Source of the DNA: Verrucomicrobiia bacterium
GTDB taxonomy: Bacteria; Verrucomicrobiota; Verrucomicrobiia; Limisphaerales; JACQFS01
Direction of reading: 5' to 3'
Assembly: GCA_036522715.1 (NCBI GenBank)
Contig: DATDFH010000421.1
Coordinates: 1-32,562 of the forward strand
Length of the DNA stretch: 32,562 nucleotides
In this document: positions 14,095 through 24,500 of the stretch, in pieces
Numbering within the stretch: the first letter of the stretch is position 1
Layout of the letters: each line of letters starts with the position of its first letter
Notes under the pieces: generated by a model
Databases searched by the model: none
Told to the model about the DNA's origin: nothing
The model's input: only the letters and a program-made list of their open reading frames with translations
Position numbers and translations under genes: made by a program

Positions 14095-17000
14095 ATGAAT
14101 CAGAACGAGGCATCCGATTTTGACGCGCTCTCATCCGCCCGTGAGGAGGAGGCGCAGAATTTCGCGCAACGTCGTGTTGGCACCAGCGGCGGAGCTGGAG
14201 TCAATGAACAGGCCGCACCCGCGGGACCATCGTCGTCCCGGACCAGCACCTGGGTCTTCATCGAATTGTTCGTGAAGCGGTGGGTCTGGCTGCTGCTCGG
14301 GGGCGCGGCGCTGGCGGCAGCGGCATGGGAGGCTGGCATGTGGCTGTTGCAGACCCATTTCACCGCCGTGGCGCAACTGATCTACTACGAGTCGCCCAAC
14401 GTTGCCGAGGTGTTCCGGCCGCGACAAATCACGCTCCAGACGCTGGCCAGCCAGCTTCGCGCGCCGGAACTTTTGGAGCGCGTCGGCGCCAAGGCCGAGC
14501 CGCCGCTTTCGGCCGAAGGCCTCGCTGCGAACTCGCGCGTTGTTCCGGAACGCGGCGCCGAGGTCGTGACCCTCTCCGTGACGGGGACTAATCTCTCCGC
14601 TTCGGTCGAACTGGCCAATCTCTACGCGCGCGAAGCCGTCCGCTACACGCAGGAAATTCAGGGCAAGGACGCCGCTGAAATCGACCGTTACGTCAAACAA
14701 CAACTGGCGCAGATCGACGCCGAAGTGAGCGTGATCAGCCAGCAGTTGCGTTCCCTGCCGCGCTCCGCCCTGCAATCGGCGGCGCATCCGGCGCAACTGT
14801 CGGAGAAGTTGCAGTCGGCGCGCGAGGAACTCGCGGCCTTGCAGGGACGTTACACTGACGCCCATCCCGCCGTGCAGGCGCAGCAGGCCAAAGTCGCCGC
14901 GCTGGAAAAATTTCTTGCCGGAAACGGCACCGGCGCCAACGGGACCACGGCGTCCGGCGAAGCAAAAGCATCCAACGACTCGAACGCTGGAAACCCGGTC
15001 GAGTTGAAGGAATCCGACCTGGAATCCCTCACGAGCCGGCTGCACGTGCTCTTGACCGGTCGCTTGCAATTGGTTGGCCGCCAGCGTGCCGCCCAGGAGT
15101 TCGCGGAAAATGCGCCAGGATTCTTCCGCGTGCTGGCTCCCGCCTCGCCGAAGGAAGTCATCCGCCACGACCGCGAAGTGAAGGTCGCCGCCCTGAGCGT
15201 CCTCGCCGGAATCATGGGCGTGTTCGTCACCGCCTGCCTGATCCTCCTGGTCGAACTGACCGGGCGCCATCTGAAAAACGCCGCGGATGTTGAGCGGGTC
15301 ACCCAGTTGCCACTGCTCGCGACGCTCGGTGACTTGGACAAGATGGAACCCAGCCAGCAGGCGCACTGGGCTTTTCGGACGTGGACCATTTTGCAGGGCC
15401 GGCTCTCGCATTCGCCCAATCACGGCCTGGTCTGCGGCTTCATTTCCTCCGAACGCGGTGAGGGCCGGTCCACCTGGGTGAACCTGCTGGCGCGCGCGGC
15501 CAGCGCCATGGGCTTCCGCGTCCTGACCATCGCCACCCAACCCACGACCTCGTTCGTCGAAGACCCGCACGCGATACCCAAGGAGATCGCCGACAAGGAT
15601 CAATTTCCACCGACGGCTGCCGACGCGCCCACGACGTCTGCCCTCACCCGCAACGTCCTGACATCGCCGACCGACGTGACGCAGAAGCTCGTCGGCCCGC
15701 ACTCGCAGCCGGTCGTCCACATCCCGTTGCCCGGCTGGGTATGGAATCTCGAACGGCGCAAGCAGTGGCAGGCCGCGCTGGAGAATTGGCGCGCGATCGA
15801 CAACATCGTCATCCTCGTTGAACTGCCGCCCGCCAGCGTGCCGGAGTCGGTGTTGCTCGGCGAAAACGTGCCGCAGGTCGTGTGGCTCACCGCCAGCGGC
15901 GAAGCCGATGCCGCTCAAACTCGCGAGCACCTGGAACTGCTCCGCCACGCCCGTTGCAATCTTGTCGGCGCCGTGCTCAATCACGCGCCGAACCACGCGC
16001 TGAAAAAACGTTTCGCCCGGTGGCTCGCCTGCGTGGCGTTGGGCGGCGCGATCACCCAGGCGCAAGCGCAACAAACCACTCCGACTTCCGCACCCGCCGC
16101 CGCCGGGGGACCACTGCCTCCGGCGCTCGCCGTCGTGCGGACGCCCCAGACCGTTCCCGCGGAGCCTGGCATCGGCCAGATTCCGGCGGCTGAGAACACC
16201 GGCCGCGCCATCGCGTGGTCGATGCCCGTGTCCGTTCGCGCCGCCGCCGAAGCTCCGGCAGTTCAAACGAATCTTTCCCTCGCCAGCATCGGCGCTCCGC
16301 AGCGCGCCGCGTGGCAGCAGCGCCTGACGCTCGGTCCCGGTGACGTTTTGAACTTCTCCCTCTTCGGCTCGCCGGAACTGGCGCGCAGCGAAGTCCTCAT
16401 CGGCCCCGACGGGCGCGTGAGTTACCTGCAGGCGCACGACATCCTGGCAGCGGGGCTGACCATCGACGAACTGCGCGCGAAGTTCGACGAGGAACTGGCG
16501 AAGTATCACCGCACACCGCGCACCCTCATCACGCCCGCGGCGTATCACAGCAAGAAATTCTTCATGCTCGGCACCGTGGTGCAAAAGGGCGTCTTCCCGC
16601 TCGACCGGCCGATGAGCATCATCGAAGCGGTGGCGCAGGGACGCGGGCTGGAAACCGGCTTGTTTGGCAACAACACACGCGAGCTGGCGGATTTGTCGCG
16701 GAGTTTCCTCGTGCGCCAGGGCAAGCGGATGCCGGTGGATTTCGAGAAGCTCTTTCAGTCAGGCGACCTCTCGCAAAACATTGCGCTCGAACCTGACGAC
16801 TACCTGTTTTTCCCGCCGACGGGCCTCCAGGAGGTCTATGTGCTGGGCGAAGTCAAGCTCCCCGGTCCAGTCGGCTACAATCCCGGCCTGGGCGCCGTGG
16901 CCGCCATCTCCCAGCGTGGTGGCTTCACCGACCGCGCGTGGAACGACCGCATACTGATCGTGCGCGGCTCGCTCAACCGACCCGAACCTTGGGCTTTGGA

Positions 17001-17178
17001 CGCGAAGGCAGTTCTTTCGGCCCGCGCGCTGGATTTTGCGCTGCAACCCAAGGACATCATCTACGTGAGCCATCGCCCGTGGATCAAAGCGGAGGAATTG
17101 CTCGACGCCGCTGCGACGTCCTTTGTGCAGGCGGCGGTCATCGTGTGGACCGGACAGAACGTCGGCACATCGAGATAG
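14095..17178 (+). CDS. Fusion of a polysaccharide co-polymerase (Wzz/chain-length determinant with a degenerate BY-kinase-like P-loop domain) to a Wza/OPX-like polysaccharide export domain
   Basis: TM1 is WVWLLLGGAALAAAAW, followed by a periplasmic coiled coil. A Pro-rich segment plus TM2 follows (LAPASPKEV…VAALSVLAGIMGVFVTACLILLV). The P-loop-like domain has GEGRST (15457..15474) and DNIVILVELPP. A third hydrophobic segment is KKRFARWLACVALGGAITQAQA (about 16003..16070). The C-terminal region is Poly_export/SLBB-like (LTLGPGDVLNFSLFG…GPDGRVSYL; YVLGEVKLPGPVGY). Confidence 0.8.
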   Translation: MNQNEASDFDALSSAREEEAQNFAQRRVGTSGGAGVNEQAAPAGPSSSRTSTWVFIELFVKRWVWLLLGGAALAAAAWEAGMWLLQTHFTAVAQLIYYESPNVAEVFRPRQITLQTLASQLRAPELLERVGAKAEPPLSAEGLAANSRVVPERGAEVVTLSVTGTNLSASVELANLYAREAVRYTQEIQGKDAAEIDRYVKQQLAQIDAEVSVISQQLRSLPRSALQSAAHPAQLSEKLQSAREELAALQGRYTDAHPAVQAQQAKVAALEKFLAGNGTGANGTTASGEAKASNDSNAGNPVELKESDLESLTSRLHVLLTGRLQLVGRQRAAQEFAENAPGFFRVLAPASPKEVIRHDREVKVAALSVLAGIMGVFVTACLILLVELTGRHLKNAADVERVTQLPLLATLGDLDKMEPSQQAHWAFRTWTILQGRLSHSPNHGLVCGFISSERGEGRSTWVNLLARAASAMGFRVLTIATQPTTSFVEDPHAIPKEIADKDQFPPTAADAPTTSALTRNVLTSPTDVTQKLVGPHSQPVVHIPLPGWVWNLERRKQWQAALENWRAIDNIVILVELPPASVPESVLLGENVPQVVWLTASGEADAAQTREHLELLRHARCNLVGAVLNHAPNHALKKRFARWLACVALGGAITQAQAQQTTPTSAPAAAGGPLPPALAVVRTPQTVPAEPGIGQIPAAENTGRAIAWSMPVSVRAAAEAPAVQTNLSLASIGAPQRAAWQQRLTLGPGDVLNFSLFGSPELARSEVLIGPDGRVSYLQAHDILAAGLTIDELRAKFDEELAKYHRTPRTLITPAAYHSKKFFMLGTVVQKGVFPLDRPMSIIEAVAQGRGLETGLFGNNTRELADLSRSFLVRQGKRMPVDFEKLFQSGDLSQNIALEPDDYLFFPPTGLQEVYVLGEVKLPGPVGYNPGLGAVAAISQRGGFTDRAWNDRILIVRGSLNRPEPWALDAKAVLSARALDFALQPKDIIYVSHRPWIKAEELLDAAATSFVQAAVIVWTGQNVGTSR

Positions 17179-17199
17179 GAACGGAAAAGTTTTGTAGCC

Positions 17200-18333
17200 A
17201 TGAAGCAAATTCGGCTCAACGCCTGGCTCGGATTGGCGACCGCCTTGGTCGCTGGTTGTCAGAGCCGCGGGCCGCAGTTCGATGCCTGGATGAACAATCC
17301 CAATCGTTCGGCTGCGGCGGCGCTGCTCGTTTCGGTGCCTGCGACCAACCGGGTAAACCCCGAGTGGCTGCGGCCCGCCCCAAATTTCTTCACCCTCGGT
17401 CCCGGCGACCGCCTGGAACTCGAAGTCTTCGGGGACGAAACGACGCGCACGTCGACGTTCGTCGGGCCGGACGGCAAGATTTACTTTTACCTGCTGCCGG
17501 GCCTTGACGTGAGCGGACTCACACTGGCCCAGACCAAAGCGCTGCTGGAGCGCGAACTCACCAAATACATCCGCGAGGAACCGCAATTGACCCTGACGTT
17601 GCACAGCGTGGAGAGCAAACGCGTCTGGCTGCTCGGACGCCTTACCGCACCGGGTGTGTACCCGATGAACGGCCCGATGACCTTGCTCGAGGCCATCGCG
17701 CTGGCGGGCGGACCGGCGCGGGCGGCTCCCGCCGCGTTGGTGGGCGGCGCGAGCCTCACGTTGAACGTCGCGTCCGGAGCGGAAGACGTGGCCGACTTGC
17801 GCCGCAGCTTTGTCATTCGCGGCGGCCAGTTTCTGCCGGTCGATTTCCACCGGCTGCTCCGTGAAGGCGACGCAACGCAAAACATCTATTTGCAGCCGGA
17901 TGATTTCGTCTATGTGCCCTCCGCTGTGGCGCGCGAGGTCTATGTGCTCGGCTCGGTGGCGCAGCCGCGCGCAATCGCGTTCAAAGACCAGCTCACCCTC
18001 GTCTCCGCCATCGGTGGCGCCGGAGGAACCATCAAAGGCGCCTACGTTTCCCACGTCGCCATCGTGCGTGGCTCGCTCACCTCGCCCCAAATCGCGACTG
18101 TCGATTTCCAGAACATCATCGAGGGCCGGACGCCCGACGTGCTGCTCGAACCCCACGACATCGTGTACGTCCCGCGCACGCCTTACTTCATCCTCACGCG
18201 CTACCTCGACATCATCCTCGATACGTTCGTGCGCACCGTCGCGGCCAACGAAGGCGCGCGCGCGGTCGTACGTGGTGCCTTGCCATTGGGCATCAATGTC
18301 CCCATCGGCGTGGGCGTTGGGACCCCTCCGTGA
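17200..18333 (+). CDS. Wza-like outer-membrane polysaccharide export lipoprotein (Poly_export + SLBB)
   Basis: The lipobox is LATALVAGC. The Poly_export-type motif is FTLGPGDRLELEVFG…VGPDGKIYF. SLBB-like segments are VWLLGRLTAPGVYP and VYVLGSVAQPRAIAF. The gene is paralogous to the C-terminal third of the upstream gene and starts 21 nt after its stop. Confidence 0.85.
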   Translation: MKQIRLNAWLGLATALVAGCQSRGPQFDAWMNNPNRSAAAALLVSVPATNRVNPEWLRPAPNFFTLGPGDRLELEVFGDETTRTSTFVGPDGKIYFYLLPGLDVSGLTLAQTKALLERELTKYIREEPQLTLTLHSVESKRVWLLGRLTAPGVYPMNGPMTLLEAIALAGGPARAAPAALVGGASLTLNVASGAEDVADLRRSFVIRGGQFLPVDFHRLLREGDATQNIYLQPDDFVYVPSAVAREVYVLGSVAQPRAIAFKDQLTLVSAIGGAGGTIKGAYVSHVAIVRGSLTSPQIATVDFQNIIEGRTPDVLLEPHDIVYVPRTPYFILTRYLDIILDTFVRTVAANEGARAVVRGALPLGINVPIGVGVGTPP

Positions 18334-18518
18334 GCGGCTGATCAGGATTCGGTGCGAGAATGAGGAAACAGGGAGACTTTGGCCACATGGCACAATGAGC
18401 GGATTGCGGTGCATTATTGCCCGCCCGGGGGCGTCCGGCTTGTAGTCCAAAGGCGGACACGAGTTTCAGCCTTCCGCCAATACTTCCACAGGGGCCGTAA
18501 CCCTACGGTTGCGGCACC

Positions 18519-21500
18519 ATGCAGAAAGTTTGCAGTGCCGTATTCGGTATCATGTTGATGGTGTCCGCTCCGATCTGGAGCCGGGCAGTCGAACCCACTT
18601 GGAATTATGCCGTGCAGGTCAGCTCTGCCGTGCAGAGTTCACCACCCCAGATCACGCTCAGTTGGCCGCAGGACACGTCCGTCACGCCAAGCAGTTACAC
18701 GGTCTATCGCAAGGCCCCAAGCGCCACGTCTTGGGGCGCCGGCACCACGCTCGCCGGCACCGCTACCAGCTACACCGACACTGGCGTCACTGCCGGCACG
18801 GCGTACGAGTATCAAATCGTCAAGAACGCCGGCACCTACTACGGCTACGGCTACATCCAGACGGGCATCAACGTTCCGCTCGTGGAAAGCCGCGGCAAGG
18901 TGGTGCTTGTCGTCGATAACACTTACGCCGCGAACCTCGCCGCCGAACTCACGCGTTTGCAGCAGGACCTCGCCGGCGACGGCTGGACGGTGCTGCGCCA
19001 TGATGTTGGCCGCAATGATTCGGTCGCCAGCGTGAAGAATCTCATCAAGGCCGATTACAATGCCGACCCGGCGAATGTGAAGTCGGTCTTCCTTTTCGGC
19101 CACGTGCCGGTCCCGTATTCCGGGCAGTTGAATCCGGACGGCCATCCCGACCACGTCGGCGCCTGGCCCGCCGACGCCTACTACGGCGACATGGACGGCA
19201 ACTGGACTGACAGTTCGGTCAACTATCAGCAGACCGTCAACACCGACCCTGTTGACCGCGCGCGCCTGAGCAACGTCCCGGGTGACGGCAAGTTCGACCA
19301 GACGACGATTCCGTCCACCGTGGAATTGCAGGTCGGCCGCGTCGATCTCGCGAACATGCCCGGGCGGACGACCTACGGCGGACCGGCGACCTTTGCGAGC
19401 GAGCAGGAGCTGCTGCGCCAGTATCTGAACAAGGACCACAACTTCCGCCACAAGCTGCTCAACCCCCAGCGCCGCGGCCTCGTCGGCGATTATTTTGGCA
19501 CGCGAAACGGAGAAGCCTTTGCCGCAAGCGGCTTCCGCAGCTTCGCACCGCTCTTTGGCGCGAATGGCATCGCGAACCTGAACACGATCTACAACGACCA
19601 GAAGGGAAAATGGATCCCGGAACTGGCCGCCACCGATTATCTCTTCGCCTACGGCTGCGGCGCCGGCAGCTACACGACCATCGGCGGACTCGGCAGCACC
19701 GGCCTCTACAACGACGGCAGCACGGTTGAGATGGTCAATAACGACGTCCGCGCCGTCTTCACGCTCTTCTTCGGCAGTTGGCTCGGCGACTGGGACCACG
19801 AGGACAACATCATGCGTTCGATCCTCGCCACGCGGACCTACGGTCTCGCCTGCGCGTGGTCCGGTCGCCCGCACTGGTTTGCGCATCCGATGGGCTTGGG
19901 CGAAACGATCGGTTACGCCGCGCGTCTCACGCAAAACAACTCCGGCCTTTACCAGAACCAGATCAACAGTTCGGCCAACTTGGTCCACGTGGCGCTGATG
20001 GGTGATCCGACGCTACGCCTGCACCCGGTCGCGCCGCCCGCATCGCTCGGGGGCACGAGCAGCGGCGGCGCGGTCACGCTCACCTGGACACCGTCGCCGG
20101 ATTCCGTGGCGGGCTATCACGTTTATCGCGGGACTTCGGCTAACGGACCGTTCACACGGCTCACGGGCTCTCTTCTCACCGCCACCAGTTACACCGATGC
20201 CAGCGCGCCAGCCGGAGCGACCTACATGGTGCGCGCCGTGAAACTGGAGAACACGCCCAGCGGCAGTTACTACAACGCCAGCCAGGGCTATTTCTGGTCG
20301 GCGGGCGGCTCGCCGCCTCCGCCGTCGGACACGACACCCCCAACCATCTCGCTCAGCGCGCCCGCGAACAACGCGACCGTCTCCGGTTCGTCAGTCTCCG
20401 TTTCGGCGAGCGCCTCGGACAACGTCGGCGTCGTCGGCGTGCAGTTCAAACTCGACGGGGCCAATCTCAGCTCCGAAGACCTGAGCGCGCCTTTCAGCGT
20501 CAACTGGGACACCACGTCCGCCGCGAACGGCCCGCATACTTTGACGGCTGTTGCGCGCGACCTTGCCGGCAATCAAACCACTGCGACCACTTTGAACGTC
20601 ACGGTCAGCAACGCCGCGTCCTCGACCGTGGTGTGGGTGGAGGACGTGTTGCCCGCTGGCGCCGGCCCCGGCTCCAGCGGCGGCGATTCGTGGACGTGGG
20701 TCGGCAGCAGTCCCGCGCCGTTCTCCGGCTCACTCGCGCATCAGTCCGCCATCGCATCCGGCGCGCACGAGCATTACTTCAACTGGGCGACCACGACGCT
20801 TCCCGTGAGCGCCGGCGACGCGCTCTTCGCCTACGTTTATCTCGACCCGGCCAATCCGCCGGGCGAAGTGATGCTGAGCTGGAACGCGGACAACTGGGAG
20901 CACCGCGCCTATTGGGGCGCGAACAACATCGCATACGGCACCGACGGAACGGCCAGCCGCCGTTACGTCGGCCCGTTGCCCACGCCCGGTCAATGGGTGC
21001 GGCTCGAAGTGCCCGCCAGCCAGGTCGGTCTCGAAGGCCAGACGCTGGTCGGCATGAGTTTCTCGACGTTCGACGGCCGCGCGACGTGGGATTACGCCGG
21101 CAAGTCCAGCCAGTCCTCGCCGCCGGCTCTGCCGACCGTGACCGTCACGGCCACCGACGCGAACGCGTCGGAAGCCGGCGCGGATCCGGGCGTCTTCACC
21201 ATCACTCGCACGGGCAGCAACACGGCGTCGCTCACAGTGAACTACTCGCTCAGTGGTACCGCCGCCAACGGCGCTGACTACAACACGCTTGGCACCACTG
21301 TCACGATTCCTGCGGGGGCAGCCTCCGCGACGGTGACCGTAACGCCGATCGACGACACGGCGGTCGAGGGCTCCGAGACCGTCGTGCTTACGCTCTCGGC
21401 AAACGCGGCTTACACGGTTGGCTCGCCCAGCAGCGCGACCGTCACCATTGCCGACAATGATTCCGCGCCGACGTTGCCGACGGTGACCGTCGCGGCCACC

Positions 21501-24500
21501 GACGCGAACGCGTCTGAAACCGGCGCGGATCCGGGCGTCTTCACCATCACGCGCACGGGCAGCAACACGGCGTCGCTCACGGTGAACTTCGCGCTCAGCG
21601 GCAGCGCGGCCAATGGCACTGACTACATTTCTCCCGGCTCCTCGGTCACAATTCCCGCAGGCAACAGCTCCGCGACGGTGACGGTGACGCCGATTGATGA
21701 TTCGCTCGTCGAGGGTTCGGAAACTGTCGTGCTCACGATCTCGGCGAATGCCGCCTACACAGTTGGCTCGCCGAACAACGCGACCGTCACCATTGCGGAC
21801 AACGACTCCGCGCCCCCACCGGGCACAAACGCGCCCACCGTGAGCGTCGTGGACTACGTGAATCTCACGATGCCCAAGGTCGGCGACTGCACGTTGCACG
21901 TGCTCTCGCCCACGACGCTGGAGCTGCGCATGATCAACCTCAAGCAGCCCGATCCCGCGACAGTCACAAATTGGAATTTCGTGGATGCCAGCGGCAACTT
22001 CACGGCGCCCGCGCTCTCGCAGTTCGCCGTCACGGTGAACGGCTCGCCGGTCACCGCCACGGCGGTCGGCTTCAAGCGCCGTCCGTTCTACGCGCCGCTC
22101 GCGGTGCGCGATTTGCGGCTGGAGAACAATTTGATTCTCCAACTCGCCTCGGCCATTCCGGACGGCGCGGCGGTCGAAGTGAAAAATCCCGGCGGCGCTC
22201 TCTGGCCTTCGACCATGCTGTTTAGCATCACCGCCGATCCGCTGCGTTACAGCCCGGCCATTCACGTCAATCAGGAAGGTTACGTGCCGTCGCTGCCGAA
22301 GAAGGCGACGGTGGGCTATTACCTCGGCAACCTCGGCGAGATGGACATTGCGCCGTCGCTCGGCTTCAAGCTCGTGGACACCGCGACCGGCGCGATCGTC
22401 TATCAAGGCACATTGAGCAACCAGCTTGATGTCGGCTGGACCTATTCGCCCACGCCGTATCAGAAAGTGTGCGTCGCCGACTTCAGCAGCTTCACCACGC
22501 CCGGCGAATACCGCCTGCTGGTGCCCGGCCTCGGCGCGTCGCTGCCTTTCCTCATTGATGACGGCATCGCGATGGCCTTCACGCGCACTTACGCGCTGGG
22601 CCTTTATCATCAGCGTTGCGGCACGGACAACGCGCTGCCCTTCACGCGCTTCACGCACAACGCGTGTCACACCGCGGTCGTGGACGTGCCCAGCCCGCAG
22701 GCGAATTACTCCTTTACTTGGAACACCATCGCGGCTTACGCGAACCAGACGAACGCCGACAATCCGCCGCAAGTCGCGCCGGCGCTCACCAGCGAAGCCG
22801 CGCAGCTTTATCCGTTCGTCAACCACGGCCAGCTCGACGCTCACGGCGGCCATCACGACGCGGGCGATTACAGCAAATACACGATCAACTCGGCGCTGCT
22901 GGTTCACTCGTTGATGTTCGCTGTTGACGCGTTCCCCGGTGTGGCTGCGCTCGACAATCTCGGCATTCCCGAGAGCGGCGACGGCGTCAGCGACCTCATG
23001 CAAGAGGCGAAATGGGAGGCCGATTATCTGGCCCGCATCCAGGACGCCGACGGCGGCTTCTACTTCATCACCTACCCACGCAACCGCGAATACGAAAACA
23101 ACGTGCTCCCCGACCAGGGCGACCCGCAGGTCGTCTGGCCGAAGACCACCGCGTCCACTGCGGTCGGCGTCGCGGCGCTGGCGCAGTGCGCGTCGTCGCC
23201 GAAGTTCAAGGCGCAGTACCCGGTGGAAGCCGCGGCGTATTTGCAAAAGGCCAGGCTCGGCTGGCAGTTCCTCACCAACGCCATCGCGCTTCACGGCAAG
23301 GCCGGCGCTTATCAGAAAATCACGCACTACGGAGACGTGTTCACGCACGACGACGAACTCGCATGGGCCGCCTGCGAAATGTTCCTCGCGACGGGCGACC
23401 AGTCCATTCACCAGACGTTGAAGTCGTGGTTCCCGAATCCGAACGACCCGGCGACCTATCGCTGGGGCTGGTGGCGGATGTGGGAGAGCTACGGTTGCGC
23501 GGTGCGCAGCTATGCCTTCGCGGCGCGCACGGGCCGGCTTCCGGCCAGCGCGCTCGATGCGGCTTACCTCGCCAAATGCGAGACCGAGGTCAAGGGAGCC
23601 GGCCAGGACGTGTATCAACGCGCCCACGACAGCGCTTACGGCACGAGCTTCCCGAGCCAGACCAAGGCCGTGCGCGGTGGCGGGTGGTATTTCTCCAGCG
23701 AACAAACGTTCGACATCACCGCCGCCTATCAGCTCGACGCGCGCCCCGAGTATCTCGACGCGATCATCTGCAACATGAACTACGAGGCCGGCGTCAATCC
23801 CGCCAACGCGAGCCTGATCACGGGCCTTGGCTGGAAGCGCCAGCGCGAGATCGTCCACCAGTACGCGCAGAATGACTGGCGCGTCCTGCCGCCCGATGGC
23901 ATTCCGCTGGGCAGCGTGCAATCCTACTTCAGTTGGGTGGATAAATACGGCAGCGAGTTGAGCACCGTCTGCTACCCGGCCAACGACGCCTCGGCCGCGC
24001 CGTATCCCTACTACGACCGTTGGGGTGACATCTACAACGTCACCACCGAGTTCGTCGCGGTATCGACGGCGCGCAGCCTCGCGAGCCTCGCGTATGTGGC
24101 CGCGCTGACGCCTGCCAAATCGCAGGCGTGGACCTCGGCCACGGCGCAAATCATCCTGCCCGCCCAATCCGGCACCAACCAGCCGGTGACCGCCACGCTG
24201 CAGGCGCCCGGCGTGGACCTCAGCCGCGCGCGCATCGTGTGGGAAGCCGCAGGCCAGGAACCGGCTTACGGTGACGAATACACCTTCACGCCCGCCACCT
24301 CGGGCGCGCAATGGGTCGAAGTGGAAATTCAACTGGCCGACGGCCGGCGCGTTTTTGGCGTGACCAATCTCTTCACGACCAACGCCCTCCCGACGGTGAG
24401 CATCACCTCGACGGACGCCACGATGACCGAAGGCGGCACCGACACGGCGTCGTTCACGCTCACCCGCACGGGCAGCACCGCGAGCGATCTCACGGTGACG

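Noticed and set aside
16000-16070. An internal signal-peptide-like segment suggesting that the Wza-like part is a separate gene starting inside ORF 14095..17178.
   Set aside because: No stop codon separates the parts, and no ATG/GTG/TTG start sits at the junction (only a CTG at 16000). The TM count makes the fusion topologically coherent. I kept it as one CDS but flagged it for read-level verification.
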